Below are positions 1 through 11,089 of a DNA stretch of 64,000 bases, piece after piece (positions within the stretch are counted from its first letter, which is position 1; each line of letters starts with the position of its first letter). Location: contig CM082597.2 of the NCBI GenBank assembly GCA_040954595.2, forward strand, positions 1,098,886 to 1,162,885. The letters run 5' to 3'. The notes beneath the pieces were generated by a model. It was not told the origin of the DNA and did no database searches. It saw only the letters and a list, made by a program, of their open reading frames with translations. Made by a program: the position numbers and the translations under genes. The stretch is from Balanoglossus misakiensis (taxonomy: Eukaryota > Animalia > Hemichordata).

Positions 1-124
1 AGGAAAACTGACGGTTCACCCATACTCTAGAAAAAATAATAGGTTATTTACAACAATTTTCGGAGAGAAAAAAAGACTTTAGTCATTATGGTAATCACTT
101 AAAGCCAAAACTGATAATGCCTAC

Positions 125-3100
125 CTTTGATGAACATATGCCAAGATTATTAGGTGCCCCTTTAAGGAGATGTACATTGAATTCCTGTGGTATGTCATTG
201 ACTCTTGGAATCCTGTATAATCCTGGTCCTACATTCAACAATTCTCCTGTAGAGGATCTCAGCTCTTCCTCCATTGTGAACATTCCATAGCCATGAATGA
301 AGCCTCCTTCGATCTAATGCACAAAAATACGACAGTTTAACATTTAAACTAAAATAATCTATGCGTAGTGGTTTTACTGGTTTCTGACCGAATCTGTGTC
401 ATTCATTATGGACACATACTTGATTCAAAGTATCTAGTTTTTAGTTAAGAATTACAAGATACCTGTCCTATGTCGATAGAAGGACTAAGACTGTCTCCAG
501 CATCCATTACAATATCTGTTCTCAACACTTCGAAGTCTCCGGTCAGACAGTCTATTTCCACCTCTGAGCATGCGCAGCCATACGCAAAGTAGTAACCATC
601 GCGACCAGTTTTCTCCTTCAGGTTGAAACCTTTACCGGGATGCCTAAAAGGTACATATCCATCGGTTACTTTACTACTTAAAGAGCAGACCATCGTCATA
701 TCTAACAACTTCAAAGAACAGTTGCCCTTAACAATCAAATACACAAATGCTAAATTCATCCAGTGCAGTTGTGAATTTCAATTTATGATACCCAACGTAC
801 TTGTAAAATCCAGTGGTAGACAAAGATACTCGATTCGTGTAAGCGGATTTTACCTGTAATATAGCATAACATAACATCACATTACATAACATTACAAGGT
901 GTTCCCCTTATTGAGAAATGCGGACTTGAGAAATAAAATATCATTTTCGTGTGATATTAGTAATATTATTGTATTATTTCTAGTACACGATAGCTGTTGT
1001 ACCATCTGAAATACGTGAATGGTTGGACTTACCCAATCCTTCCATGATCCCTTAGGGTTTTCTATCATCATCGGTTCAAGGTTATGTTTGATTTCTTCAC
1101 ACGCTATCTGTAGAAACGATAATTAAAGCCTTCTTAGTGAAGTACATGGAAACAAGTGGCATATGGTTACAGTTCTCGCTTTATGAATTCTCAAAACATC
1201 ATGATCCATGGAGTTAAAATTATCAGTTACCTTTACAGCGTTGCAGTACAAATCAGTTCCGGAAGTACCCCCAGTCCCTGACGTATTAGGCACCTTGTCA
1301 GTTGACGTTTCATTTATGTAAATGAGTTCTGTAGAAATTCCAAGAACTCTACTGGCCACCTGGATACACCTGGTGTACAAACCTTGCCCCATCTCTATCC
1401 CTCCGTGGGTTATCAACACAGTGCCATCTGTATATACATGTACCAGTGCTCCAGCCTACAAAACAATCGCCAAAATGTTAGACCGAGAGTATAAGCAATG
1501 CTTTTGGCAAAGCATGGCATTACAGTTCCCTAATAGATACCATATTGTCAATCTCTGATAATATTGAGTGAATAACATAATTAAGGAGAGTTGCAATCAC
1601 TGTTTAGCAATTGAGTACACAAGGGTAACGGGGCAAACAACTTATAAATATCTGATTATCTGTTCTGGACAACTTACCTGTCCAGGGGTGCCCGTCAAAC
1701 CAACCTTGCGTTTTGTAGCAATAATAGATATGCCCTTCTTTTTCCACCGATTTTCTCTGGTCAAGAAGATGCACCGGTTAAATCATTTCGCAGTTATTAA
1801 ATTTCCTTTTGGTTCGATTCCATAAAGTAGTACATTAATTCAATATTTGCTTTTAATCATACCTGTTAAACTGATCCACTTCATTTCGTCTTCGATGGTA
1901 GTCACTCTTAACCATGCATTCTTCCCAGCATCGTCTGATGTTTCCTGGTTGGGTTAATGGTTGGTTTGCATGATCAAACTTGTCATCCTTGGTGTACATG
2001 TTCAATTCTCGTACCTTTTTAAAGAAACGTTAGTCCCGTTAGTGAGTGAGTGAGTGAGTGAGTGAGTGAGTGAGTGAGTGAGTGAGTGAGTGAGTGAGTG
2101 AGTGAGTGAGTGAGTGAGTGAGTGAGTGAGTGAGTGAGTGAGTGAGTGAGTGAGTGAGTGAGTGAGTGAGTGAGTGAGTGAGTGAGTGAGTGAGTGAGTG
2201 AGTGAGTGAACGAACGAATGAATGTATGAATTGTTGGTTGGTTGGTTGGTTGGTTGCATGGTTGCTTGGATGATTGGATGAATGAATGTTTTGCAATGAA
2301 TACTGCAGTGCATGTATTCACCTATTTCGTTGTCTCACCTGAACTTGAGTAATTCCACATTTTACAGCTACACTGTCAATGATATTCTCACCAAACATGT
2401 GACCCTGTGGAGTACCTGCACCTCTCACGGCTCCATACTGTGGTAGGTTTGTAACACAAACGACGCCGTTCAGTCTCCAATTGGAAATGTTATAAGCTTG
2501 ATCCATGGTTGTCAGTGCATTTTTCAAAAACTGAAAGAGGAAGACATTTTACACGAAGTGAGGAACGAGTTTCCCTGAGCAGCAAACCTTATTTCACATG
2601 CAAAGAGCAACACAAAAGTGCAACTAACGTGCACCATCTAACAAATGATTACACAGGAGAACCCAGACTTCCTCTCGAACAAGAAATCAAGTTACAATGT
2701 AGACAACATGGAACAACTTTGTTTATTTTTCGGTAAAAAATTGTTTTCGAATTTTTTTAACTTACCACTGTCATGGACTTTGGATCAGCCCCAGCATTTT
2801 CAAATAAGGTACACTCCAATGACGTCACACGACCTGTAGCTGAAAAGCCTACCTTGTAGTGAGCGATCATGGGAACATGTTTATCCGTCATTTGCATGTC
2901 GTCATCTCTGCTCAAAACTGCCCTTACACTCTTCCCTACCCTATAAAAACATTATAGTTCAGTAGATTAACTTCCGCTCATTACGATATCTCGCGAGACT
3001 TGGCATATTACAGTAGCAACGGGTTGCCCCCAGGTAGTCAAGTCAAGTTTTGTTTGATGCTAGAATTAGTGCAGGTTTGAATATATAAATAAACAATATT

Positions 3101-6100
3101 ATGTGAATCTATAATTCGTTATAAAGACAAAAACTTTCTCTTTCTCGAAAACGGTATATACTTTTTAGCAGCAACTGCTACTGCTCCGGCTAAGAAAGAG
3201 GTGTACTGGAATTTCCCGCCAAATCCACCACCGACTCTTTTTACTTTGCACGTGACCTTGTGTGACGAAATGCCCAGTACATCTGCAACGTCCCTCTACC
3301 GAAAAGATAAAGATGGCGTCCGTTACATTTACATAGTGACTATCACATTCCAATACAATTTGAGAAACCTTTTAGGCCCAACTATCAAAACATAATCAAC
3401 ACAGACATCGATCTTACTTGCACGCTGCTTGCATCCTGTGTACTACAGATGACCTCCATTTCGTCATTCTCGCGTGGTTTGCAGATACAACTTTGAGTCT
3501 CCATGTAGAAATGTTCATGTGCCGCATACTGCATTTCACCCTCCATCACGTGATCGCAGCATTCAAAGTCCTCGTCTACATTGCCAACTTCGAGACTCAC
3601 TCTGTCTTCTCCAAACGATTCCTTTTCTATAGCTTCCTATCATGGCAAAGAACAACAGAAGCAACAGCTTATCACTTCATGTCGTGTAGTAAAATGTCTA
3701 AGTGAACAAGTAAACAAGCGTGTTACCCGAATGATTAACATCAAATGATGGACGCATAATCTTCAAATTGTAAACGAATTCTGTTTATCACACAACACAA
3801 AATCAACAGACAACTACTTAGTAAACATTGTGTAACTTAGTACTACTCACCTCAATGGTCAAAATTGACGCCAAAGTTTCATAGTCAACCTCCACAAAAC
3901 TAGCAGCTTGTTCGGCTATGTACCTATTTGTTGCAACAATAACTCCTAATGGTTGTCCGACATAGGATACCTGAAGCATGTAATAAAATATACATCAGTT
4001 GAGAAATATTGGTTTGTTGGACGGTATATCTATTCACTTTATCATATATTCTGTACACGAATATCAGTAATGACGTTAAAGCAAGCAATTGAACGAACCT
4101 TTTCTGCCGCAAAAATACCAATATTGGCACTTGGTATATCATCTGGTCCAACAAAGCACTGGACTCCAGGTACTCGCAATGCTCTTGTTGTATCGATGGA
4201 GCTGAGTCACATAAAAATCATAACAGCTTATGTTACACATTTGGGTTTAGAAATCAGCCAAGGATAACGCTGTTTTGTTACAGAGAAACCCAAAGAGACG
4301 CAAACAAGTGATATCAGATGAGTTAATACTTACATGATTTTAGCATGTGGCTCAGTACTTTTCACAAATGCCATGTGCAGCTCTCCTAAATCATTGCAAA
4401 TAAAATGTTGTAGCATTTGTGAGTCGAAAGTTGTTAGATGTTAACCGTGAACTATTAACAGATTATCACAAATTATTCGAAAAGAGTGTTCGCATACACA
4501 AAAAGACATAATCACCTCTTTCGGGCGGCAGGTCATCACAGTACATAGCTTCTCCTGTTGCATGTTGTATACCTGCAGCGTGTACAACAGGTCGCCCGAC
4601 TGCATCGGTGTCCAACTGGCCGCTGGCTACTTTCTGTGGAGATTCGTGTCGTGAAAGTGAAAATACATGACACAACTACACCAAATCATGACTTGAAATG
4701 CTACAACACAACTCAAATTTTAATTCCACAAGATCTGCGTGTTCTACTTCTCTGAGATATCGCGAGACTTGGGTAATCAACGTAGCAACACAGCCCCACC
4801 GCCAGAGATTGTAACAGAATATTAGTGAGACGTTACAGACTCTTACCTGAAAGCTTTGGACACTCTTCATGGGATGTCTTGTTTGAGTTTCAATCACACT
4901 CCGATATTCCGGTGGTATCTGGACCACCTCACGTTGGAACGAGATTCCCTTCAAGACTGACCAATAGAACTTGAAGAAATAACCCAGGATCAATGACCGT
5001 CTGTAGTCCACACTTTGTCCAGACAGATGGAGCTCCTCCGTCAGTAAATTCATAGCATCTCTCTGACAGGAATCGTCCCAGGGTCTGAAAGACAATTTCA
5101 TGTCAAAAAGCAGAGTGCATAGCATGGAAGCAATGGAGTTTGCTATATATTCTAATTTGCACACACCAAGTCGAAACTTTGTTATCATACGGAATTATAG
5201 TTTATAGATTACATATAGGGTATATATATGGATGGATTGCCACTTGACCGACTCAGTAGTGTCACGTGTCCAAGAAGCATCATACCTGCCTGTGAGTTCC
5301 CTTTCAGTTTTCCTTGCAGACACTACCGTATCCCCAACTCCTCCGAAATACAGTCTCAACGTCTTCACTGTCACGTGATCTTGTTCGAAGGCTACAAACA
5401 TCCCAGCATTCAGCATGTCGATTTTACCATCGCGTCTGTGAAGAACTTTATTGACCTTGAAACCATGGCAATATTCTTTCTGTGTCGAAAACGTTTTCTT
5501 TGCTTTAAAACATGTTGCTTTTTAAATAAGTATGCACCAGCATATGGAATATTTCTGGTACATTTTAATTGAATGCCCGCATGGGCTGATAACAATAGCG
5601 CAGTTTTCCACAGCTTTTACCCGCTGAGAGCTCGACGTTTCTAAAATGCACCAGCTTAGGGAATCTTTTCTGGTATATTTTGATTTGAAGGCCAGTATGG
5701 GCTGACAATTATAGCGTGTTTTTTTATTAAAGTTATTCCCGGCTTACATCTCGATGTGGCTGGTACATGCTATGTGCGTTTAATAGCTTAAAACATCTGT
5801 TTGGGTCACGTCTGTTAACATTCATGAGTTGACCCTGCCATATCCCTTCACCCTGATGGCATTGAAGTGGCTAACTGTGGACTGGAAACTGAACCAGCTG
5901 GACAACCCCTTCAAACAACAGTGTGATAGGTTCGATAGAATAATGCTTACCTCCTGAGTGAAAGGGAAATGAACCGAAAGAAGAATTTCGTCCTCATTGA
6001 CGCAGGTTTTGCGATATCCCGTGATGAACCCGTCATGTAGTGCGATAATGCGACGGGTTCCTGAAAAAGAATATCAATGACATTACACGTGGACTTCTTT

Positions 6101-9100
6101 TTCACCTAATTTGTGTTCTTTTCCCCCATCTCCGATAGAGACTGTGGTCGCCGCCATCTTGTCTGTTGTTAGGGCAGCACAATTTTGGCACATGCGCATA
6201 AGACGACCAGCGCCCTTTAAAACTCAAGCGTTTATTATAACACCTATGAAGCCCATGAAAACAAGAATGCATCCTTACCATTGGTAGATACAGTAGTCAC
6301 GGTACATCCCACTGCTGTCATCACAGGAATTAAGTCAGACAATGGACTTGCAGTCATGATGTGGCTTCCAAGACCCTGTGAACAAATTTCATGTATATGA
6401 TGTTCTTTATCGAGGCAATAGATCCTTTTCCGAACTCCACGAGACCCAACGAGATCTCGCGTACATATAGGGCACGTTCCATGCTGCTGGTTCAGTTATT
6501 ACAGTTAATTAGAGACGTGGAAACATAATGAGAATTACTGATGCGGATCATAAGAATTGAACGAGAGGAAAGTTAATACGTACCCCTCGATTTTTGGCCT
6601 GTTTGCCAAAATGTGTCAACATGTCCATGAATGCAGCAAACAAGCGAAGTTTGTGCGCTGAAATAAAACAAAACGGTTGACATTAGAAGTACTGAAATAG
6701 AAAGTTGTTTCGAATCCATAGGAATACACCCTCAAAATAACGTAACATTTCTTTAAAGTTTTCAGCGAAAATCTCCATACCTGGTTGTCCTGACAACTTT
6801 GTGTCCATAACGCGTTCGATCGTTGCCAGGGTGACAGAGGCGCCAAATGTAACTCCATGGTCGGTGATATCAACTTTGTTAAGTTCGGGGACGTGAGATA
6901 CAGATATCAAGACAGGGTCAAGGGTTTTATTGATGTTAATTTCCAGTCCTGTATCGGTAAACATATAAAACTTAATCAGGTGATTTCCGCATTTTAAATC
7001 TACATTGCTTTGATTAGTATTTAAATGACATCAATTGGTTGATTGTGATAATTAAAATACTCTTCTAACATTTTGGAAAAGACAGGCGATATATGTCCAC
7101 ATAACTTTCTTTTGCTCTACTAACTTGACATATAATTGTCGAATTATTGTTATTTCAGACGTCTTACCAATTTCCAAGTACCCGGATACAAGTCTAGCGT
7201 TTGGATAATCAGCCTTCAACTGCAATAACTCGTCAAGTGACGTAGGTCTCATCCATGTCATACCATATTTGGAAAACGTGACACTCTTGCAGTGGTAGTC
7301 TGGGTTTACCTGGAGACAATACCACGTGACTTTGGCAACCGTACTATATCGTTCCATTTTCAAGTTATGTATTACTCAACTATTTTATCTATGATTGGTG
7401 ACGTGGGTATTTACATAAGCAACTGGCTGGATGAATGGACTATGCAAGTCATGATTTGGTGTCGGTGATTTATTATCATTGGTCAAAGTGCATATCCAAA
7501 GTACATGCCCTGTAAAGACAGCAGTGCATCTATCGGTGAAATAAATTACAGTACCCAGTCCATGTTGATGTGCGACTTACCACTACCATTACAATTGGAG
7601 CTAAAATTACAAGTAAAATGTTTTACTTACCATAAGTTCTGGTGGAAATATCAAATCCTGTGATGGATCATATGGAACAAATGTCCTTCTGTCAAACAGT
7701 TTTGTCCCCTTCTGGTTAAATAGAGAGATGGGAACATCCGAATAAATAAAGTAAAACATATCAATATTCTGCCCAAAATATTATGCCATGTCTCGTGGAT
7801 ATTGGAGTACAGTATACCGAGCCAGATCAATTATGGCGTGAAAATAATCCACAGTTTTGTTCAAAGTTGAAATTTTCATACACATAGTCGCTGGATGCAG
7901 ACCAAATTACTTCATATACAAGCATACTTACATCATCATCGTCGACGTCGTCATGGCGATTTGTATCGGCTGAGTCTCTTTGGGAACATTGATCAGGGTT
8001 TCCACAGCAACCGCCCTAAAAAGGCAAATAAAACAGTGAGTTCAAAAAAGCCAGCAAGTGGCATTGCAAGTCTAAAAATATTGTTCTATTTTGAGGATTT
8101 GGGGCCCGTTTTCGCATTTGTGGCAATGTAATTCACCGTGTAAGAAGCTAACCTCAGCAAATGTCTGGAATCCTTCAATGATCGGTCGATACCCAGTACA
8201 TCGACACAGATTTCCTTCCAAGGAAGCCTCGATCTCAGCCTTCGATGGAGTTGGGTTGTTGCGTAGCAACGTGTACATCGACATCACCATTCCCGGCGAA
8301 CAGAAACCACACTGCGACCCATGTGACTTGGCTAGTCGTTCCTGTTTGCAGAAAAAATACACAATAGTTGCCCTGAAGTTCCGTAACATGATTTTAATCT
8401 TTGAAATATCTATATTACATCTGACATATTCCTTTATTGTTGTTTTATCATTCTAATGAGTTTGTTCAAAGGTAGTTTATGTCTTACCTGTACTGGATGT
8501 AGGTTCTTACTGTCTCCAATACCTTCTACAGTTGTTACTGCCATGCCATGGAGAGAACACAATGGTGTCATGCATGCATACACACATTGGTGGCTAGAGT
8601 TAGTCAAGAATTTTAGTTTGTGAAGTTTGTGACATGTTTTTAATCGGAAATTTCCTTCTCGATTTTAATGACAAGAAAGGAAACAGCTCTCATCATTCTT
8701 TGACATTTTGAGAAGTATTTGAAGTTGTCTATTTATTGTTGTAATATTGTGCTTCTTATTAAAGGATACGATATATCTTTAGTATAGGGATCATATCTTG
8801 ACACCATGACGGTACAAGCACCACAGCCACCCTCACCACACCCATATTTGGAACCTGTCAGCTGCACTGAGGTTATAGGTCAAGGATTGAACCAGATCTA
8901 TATTTAAGAAGTGCTATTGTATTTAAATAATTGTATGTCAAGACTTGAGAATCCTTTTTGCCAGGTCATAGAAGACTCGTCCAGCAACTGAGAGGAATAG
9001 ACGATTTTCCGATGATTGTGAGATCTCGCGAGACTTGGCTAATTACCGTAGCTTGGGGACACTGTACTATTCAAAGTAACCCCTGGCAAGTTTTGCCGTG

Positions 9101-9486
9101 TTTGTTAATTATTAAGAAAATTTCAGTAATTATAAAAAGACAGTGAAACAGTGAGTGAATAACTTAGAAATGATACATGTATCGCGCAGATAGCCCAATA
9201 GTCTGGTTCCAATAAAAGGTGACTTCTCGATAACCTGCAGTGAGAAAAAAACAACAGCAGTAAGTATTCATACGGCCACCATTGTATAGGCTTGATTGCA
9301 TCTGTTCACTAAAGCTCATTGAGAGTTTTGAGGTCAACAGCAGGCTGTTAGCATGCACGTTGTGGACACTGCTAAATGAAAGAAATTATCAAGTACGTAA
9401 TATCGCCACATGCTTGCCTGTATGTAACTCACCTTTCGTCCATTGACATAAAACACCAAAACTTCCGTGGTGAGTGCCTCAGCCAT
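125..9486 (-). CDS. XDH: Xanthine dehydrogenase/aldehyde oxidase family molybdo-flavoenzyme, 29 exons, 3'-partial (symbol is a family-level label; active site is not XDH-canonical)
   Basis: Exons (minus): 9486-9433, 9234-9177, 8866-8770, 8593-8488, 8341-8153, 8015-7932, 7711-7631, 7309-7168, 6948-6781, 6657-6584, 6375-6279, 6060-5951, 5479-5286, 5084-4847, 4633-4516, 4385-4334, 4201-4099, 3970-3851, 3636-3418, 3295-3162, 2940-2766, 2530-2339, 2014-1863, 1756-1678, 1455-1231, 1107-1033, 853-801, 643-463, 313-125. All introns are GT..AG with compatible phases; total 3759 nt with no stop found. Motifs: LVFYVNGRK, 2Fe-2[79 protein letters not shown]. The exon expected to carry GEPP (catalytic Glu) lies beyond position 1. 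Confidence 0.97.
2041..2209. repeat. (TGAG)n microsatellite followed by degenerate GAAC/GAAT/TTGG units to about 2288; fills most of XDH-like intron 22
   Basis: Directly visible perfect tetranucleotide run. Confidence 0.99.
5532..5757. repeat. Degenerate two-copy tandem duplication, period about 114 bp, in XDH-like intron 12
   Basis: ATGCACCAGC..GGAAT..TTCTGGTA.ATTTT.ATT.GAA.GCC..ATGGGCTGA..A.TAGCG...CTCGA starts at both 5532 and 5646. Confidence 0.8.
6185..6220. mobile_element. Isolated terminal repeat of the TTAA-flanked element seen complete at 56518-56633
   Basis: TTGGCACATGCGCATAAGACGACCAGCGCCCTTTAA matches the right end at 56598-56633. Confidence 0.65.
8594..8769 (-). other. U12-type (minor spliceosome) GT-AG intron 3 of the XDH/AOX-like gene
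   Basis: Perfect U12 donor GTATCCTTT at 8769-8761; branch site TTCTTGAC at 8610-8603 just upstream of the AG at 8595-8594; phase 2. Confidence 0.9.
8867..9176 (-). other. U12-type (minor spliceosome) GT-AG intron 2 of the XDH/AOX-like gene
   Basis: Donor GTATCATTT (one mismatch to GTATCCTTT); branch site TCCTTGAC at 8886-8879 just upstream of the AG at 8868-8867; no long pyrimidine tract; phase 1. Confidence 0.75.
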
Positions 9487-9710
9487 AGCTGCACCTTCTT
9501 CCAGCTTTGAATGGAAACAGGTCACCAAGAGACTCCTCAGCTCGGTGCGCACTATATCCTAAGTTCACTATGAGGTCAATGAGTCTGGTGCCTTGCCCTA
9601 ATTCCACCGCTGGCTACGCTGTTCTACAACATGTACAAGCAAGGGTCAGGGCTATTGTAATTATAGCTCCAATTTGACATTATACGAGCACACTGGTTGG
9701 TTGAAACTAT

Positions 9711-9716
9711 TTTATT
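9711..9716 (-). promoter_or_regulatory. Candidate polyadenylation signal AATAAA of Ig gene A
   Basis: TTTATT on the plus strand about 45 nt past the TGA at 9761-9759. Confidence 0.55.
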
Positions 9717-9758
9717 GCCGTAAAAGAATAAACAAATGCGACTTTTCTCTATTATTGT

Positions 9759-10708
9759 TCAATAAATTCTTAAGAATGGCAGCAAGAGGAAGACAGTGCT
9801 TATTAAAATATATCTGGTAGCTGTGTGTCGGCTGGCATCATCACGTGTCGTGTCTCCATCGTTGACGATTAGTTCAGTGGTAGACGTCTCTGGTTCAATA
9901 CTTGACCCATCTGGTTGGGTCACAGCAACAAGACAAGTGTATGTATCTTCATCACTCGACTCGACATCAGATATCTTCAGACTTGCTTGCTCGACGATGT
10001 TGTACCTATGGACGACAAAGAAATCATTATTTACGTGTACGGCCAAGCCGGGCAAATATGGAATACAATCTGTACTTGAGAGAATAGTTAAAGGTGGCAT
10101 AAATGCAAGGATTCTTACTTGTCTGGATCGGACGTTGTTTCACTAGGCTGAGACCCACCACCGGTTGTTTTTCGGGCAAGAAAGCTGTCGTCTTTCTTCC
10201 AATCGACAGCTACAATAGGATTGTCCAAAGGTGGAGTGATGGTGTAACTGCAATACAACAGCACTTCACTGTCGCCCTCATTAGCATGCGTTTCTTGATT
10301 GGTCAAAACGGTCAACTCGCCTTTTACAACAGCCACTGCAGATGAAAAAAAAATAACAGCATAATTATTTTATTTTGGGGGTAATGTGCTAAGATACTTT
10401 TATCCGTTGTCTGTGTAATTGGTGAGTAAAAAAATAATGCCGAAATTACGCACATGCGCATAAAGACGATCGTCACCCTTTAAAATGCCAAACATGGGTT
10501 TTTACATGAATCGTAAAAGTTTGCCCACAAAACAACCAGACAACTCCTTTCACCAGGAGCAACCCCCGCTATAAATCATTGCAGCTTGAGTGTACTGTCT
10601 GCAAGTTACTGTACGTGGGTAGAATATATTAGAAGCGTCCAACGTCAGTGGTGTACCCTATCGACTTTGTCTACTTTTGCGACGACAGCCTGAGAAGACA
10701 GCTAGACT

Positions 10709-10786
<78 letters not shown>

Positions 10787-11089
10787 TATGTCCAAGGATG
10801 GTGTTAGTTGTCTGTCGTATGTAAGTCGGTAGAAACTGAACAGCGAGGCGTTGGAAGAAACATGTCAACAAACTGAGAGTTAGACTGACCATGGACTGAC
10901 AAACACGTAGAGACACGCCCACACACACACCATTGTACAACACGCACAGGATACTAGTATTCGCCTATTACGGTCGCACACACACAAAACACAGTGACAG
11001 TAACAATCAAGGCATACTTAAAATAATTCCTCAAACTCACCTTGTAGGAGAACAATAATAAACACCTGTAATCGTGATTTCTCAGCCAT
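9759..11089 (-). CDS. Ig gene A: signal peptide + single V-set Ig domain + hydrophobic C-terminal tail (probable GPI signal), about 170 aa, 3 exons
   Basis: Exons 11089-11041 (MAEKSRLQVFIIVLLQ, phase 1, GTGAGT), 10335-10119 (VAVVKGELTV..LYCSY..VDWKKD..DPDK, phase 2, GTAAGA) and 10005-9759 (YNIVEQASLKISDVESSDEDTYTC..ELIVN..YILISTVFLLLPFLRIY*). Canonical B-strand Cys, C-strand Trp and D-x-x-x-Y-x-C; 513 nt in frame. Confidence 0.88.
10441..10483. mobile_element. Isolated terminal repeat of the TTAA-flanked element seen complete at 56518-56633
   Basis: CGAAATTACGCACATGCGCATAAAGACGATCGTCACCCTTTAA closely matches the reverse complement of the left end at 56518-56559. Confidence 0.7.
10713..10782. 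repeat. (AG)n microsatellite in intron 1 of Ig gene A
   Basis: Directly visible. Confidence 0.99.

Noticed and set aside
314-462. Donor GTATCTTG as a third U12 intron (also GTATATAC at 3161 and TTCTTGAC at the 1757 acceptor)
   Set aside because: None pairs a U12 donor with a properly spaced U12 branch site; treated as U2-type.
1811-1821. Pol III B-box-like GGTTCGATTCC (weaker matches near 33469 and 51314)
   Set aside because: No convincing A-box or cloverleaf; cannot support a tRNA or SINE call.
2002-2321. ORFs with HSLT repeats; likewise the RE/SL repeat ORFs at 10707-10943 and 51000-51354
   Set aside because: Translations of intronic microsatellites.
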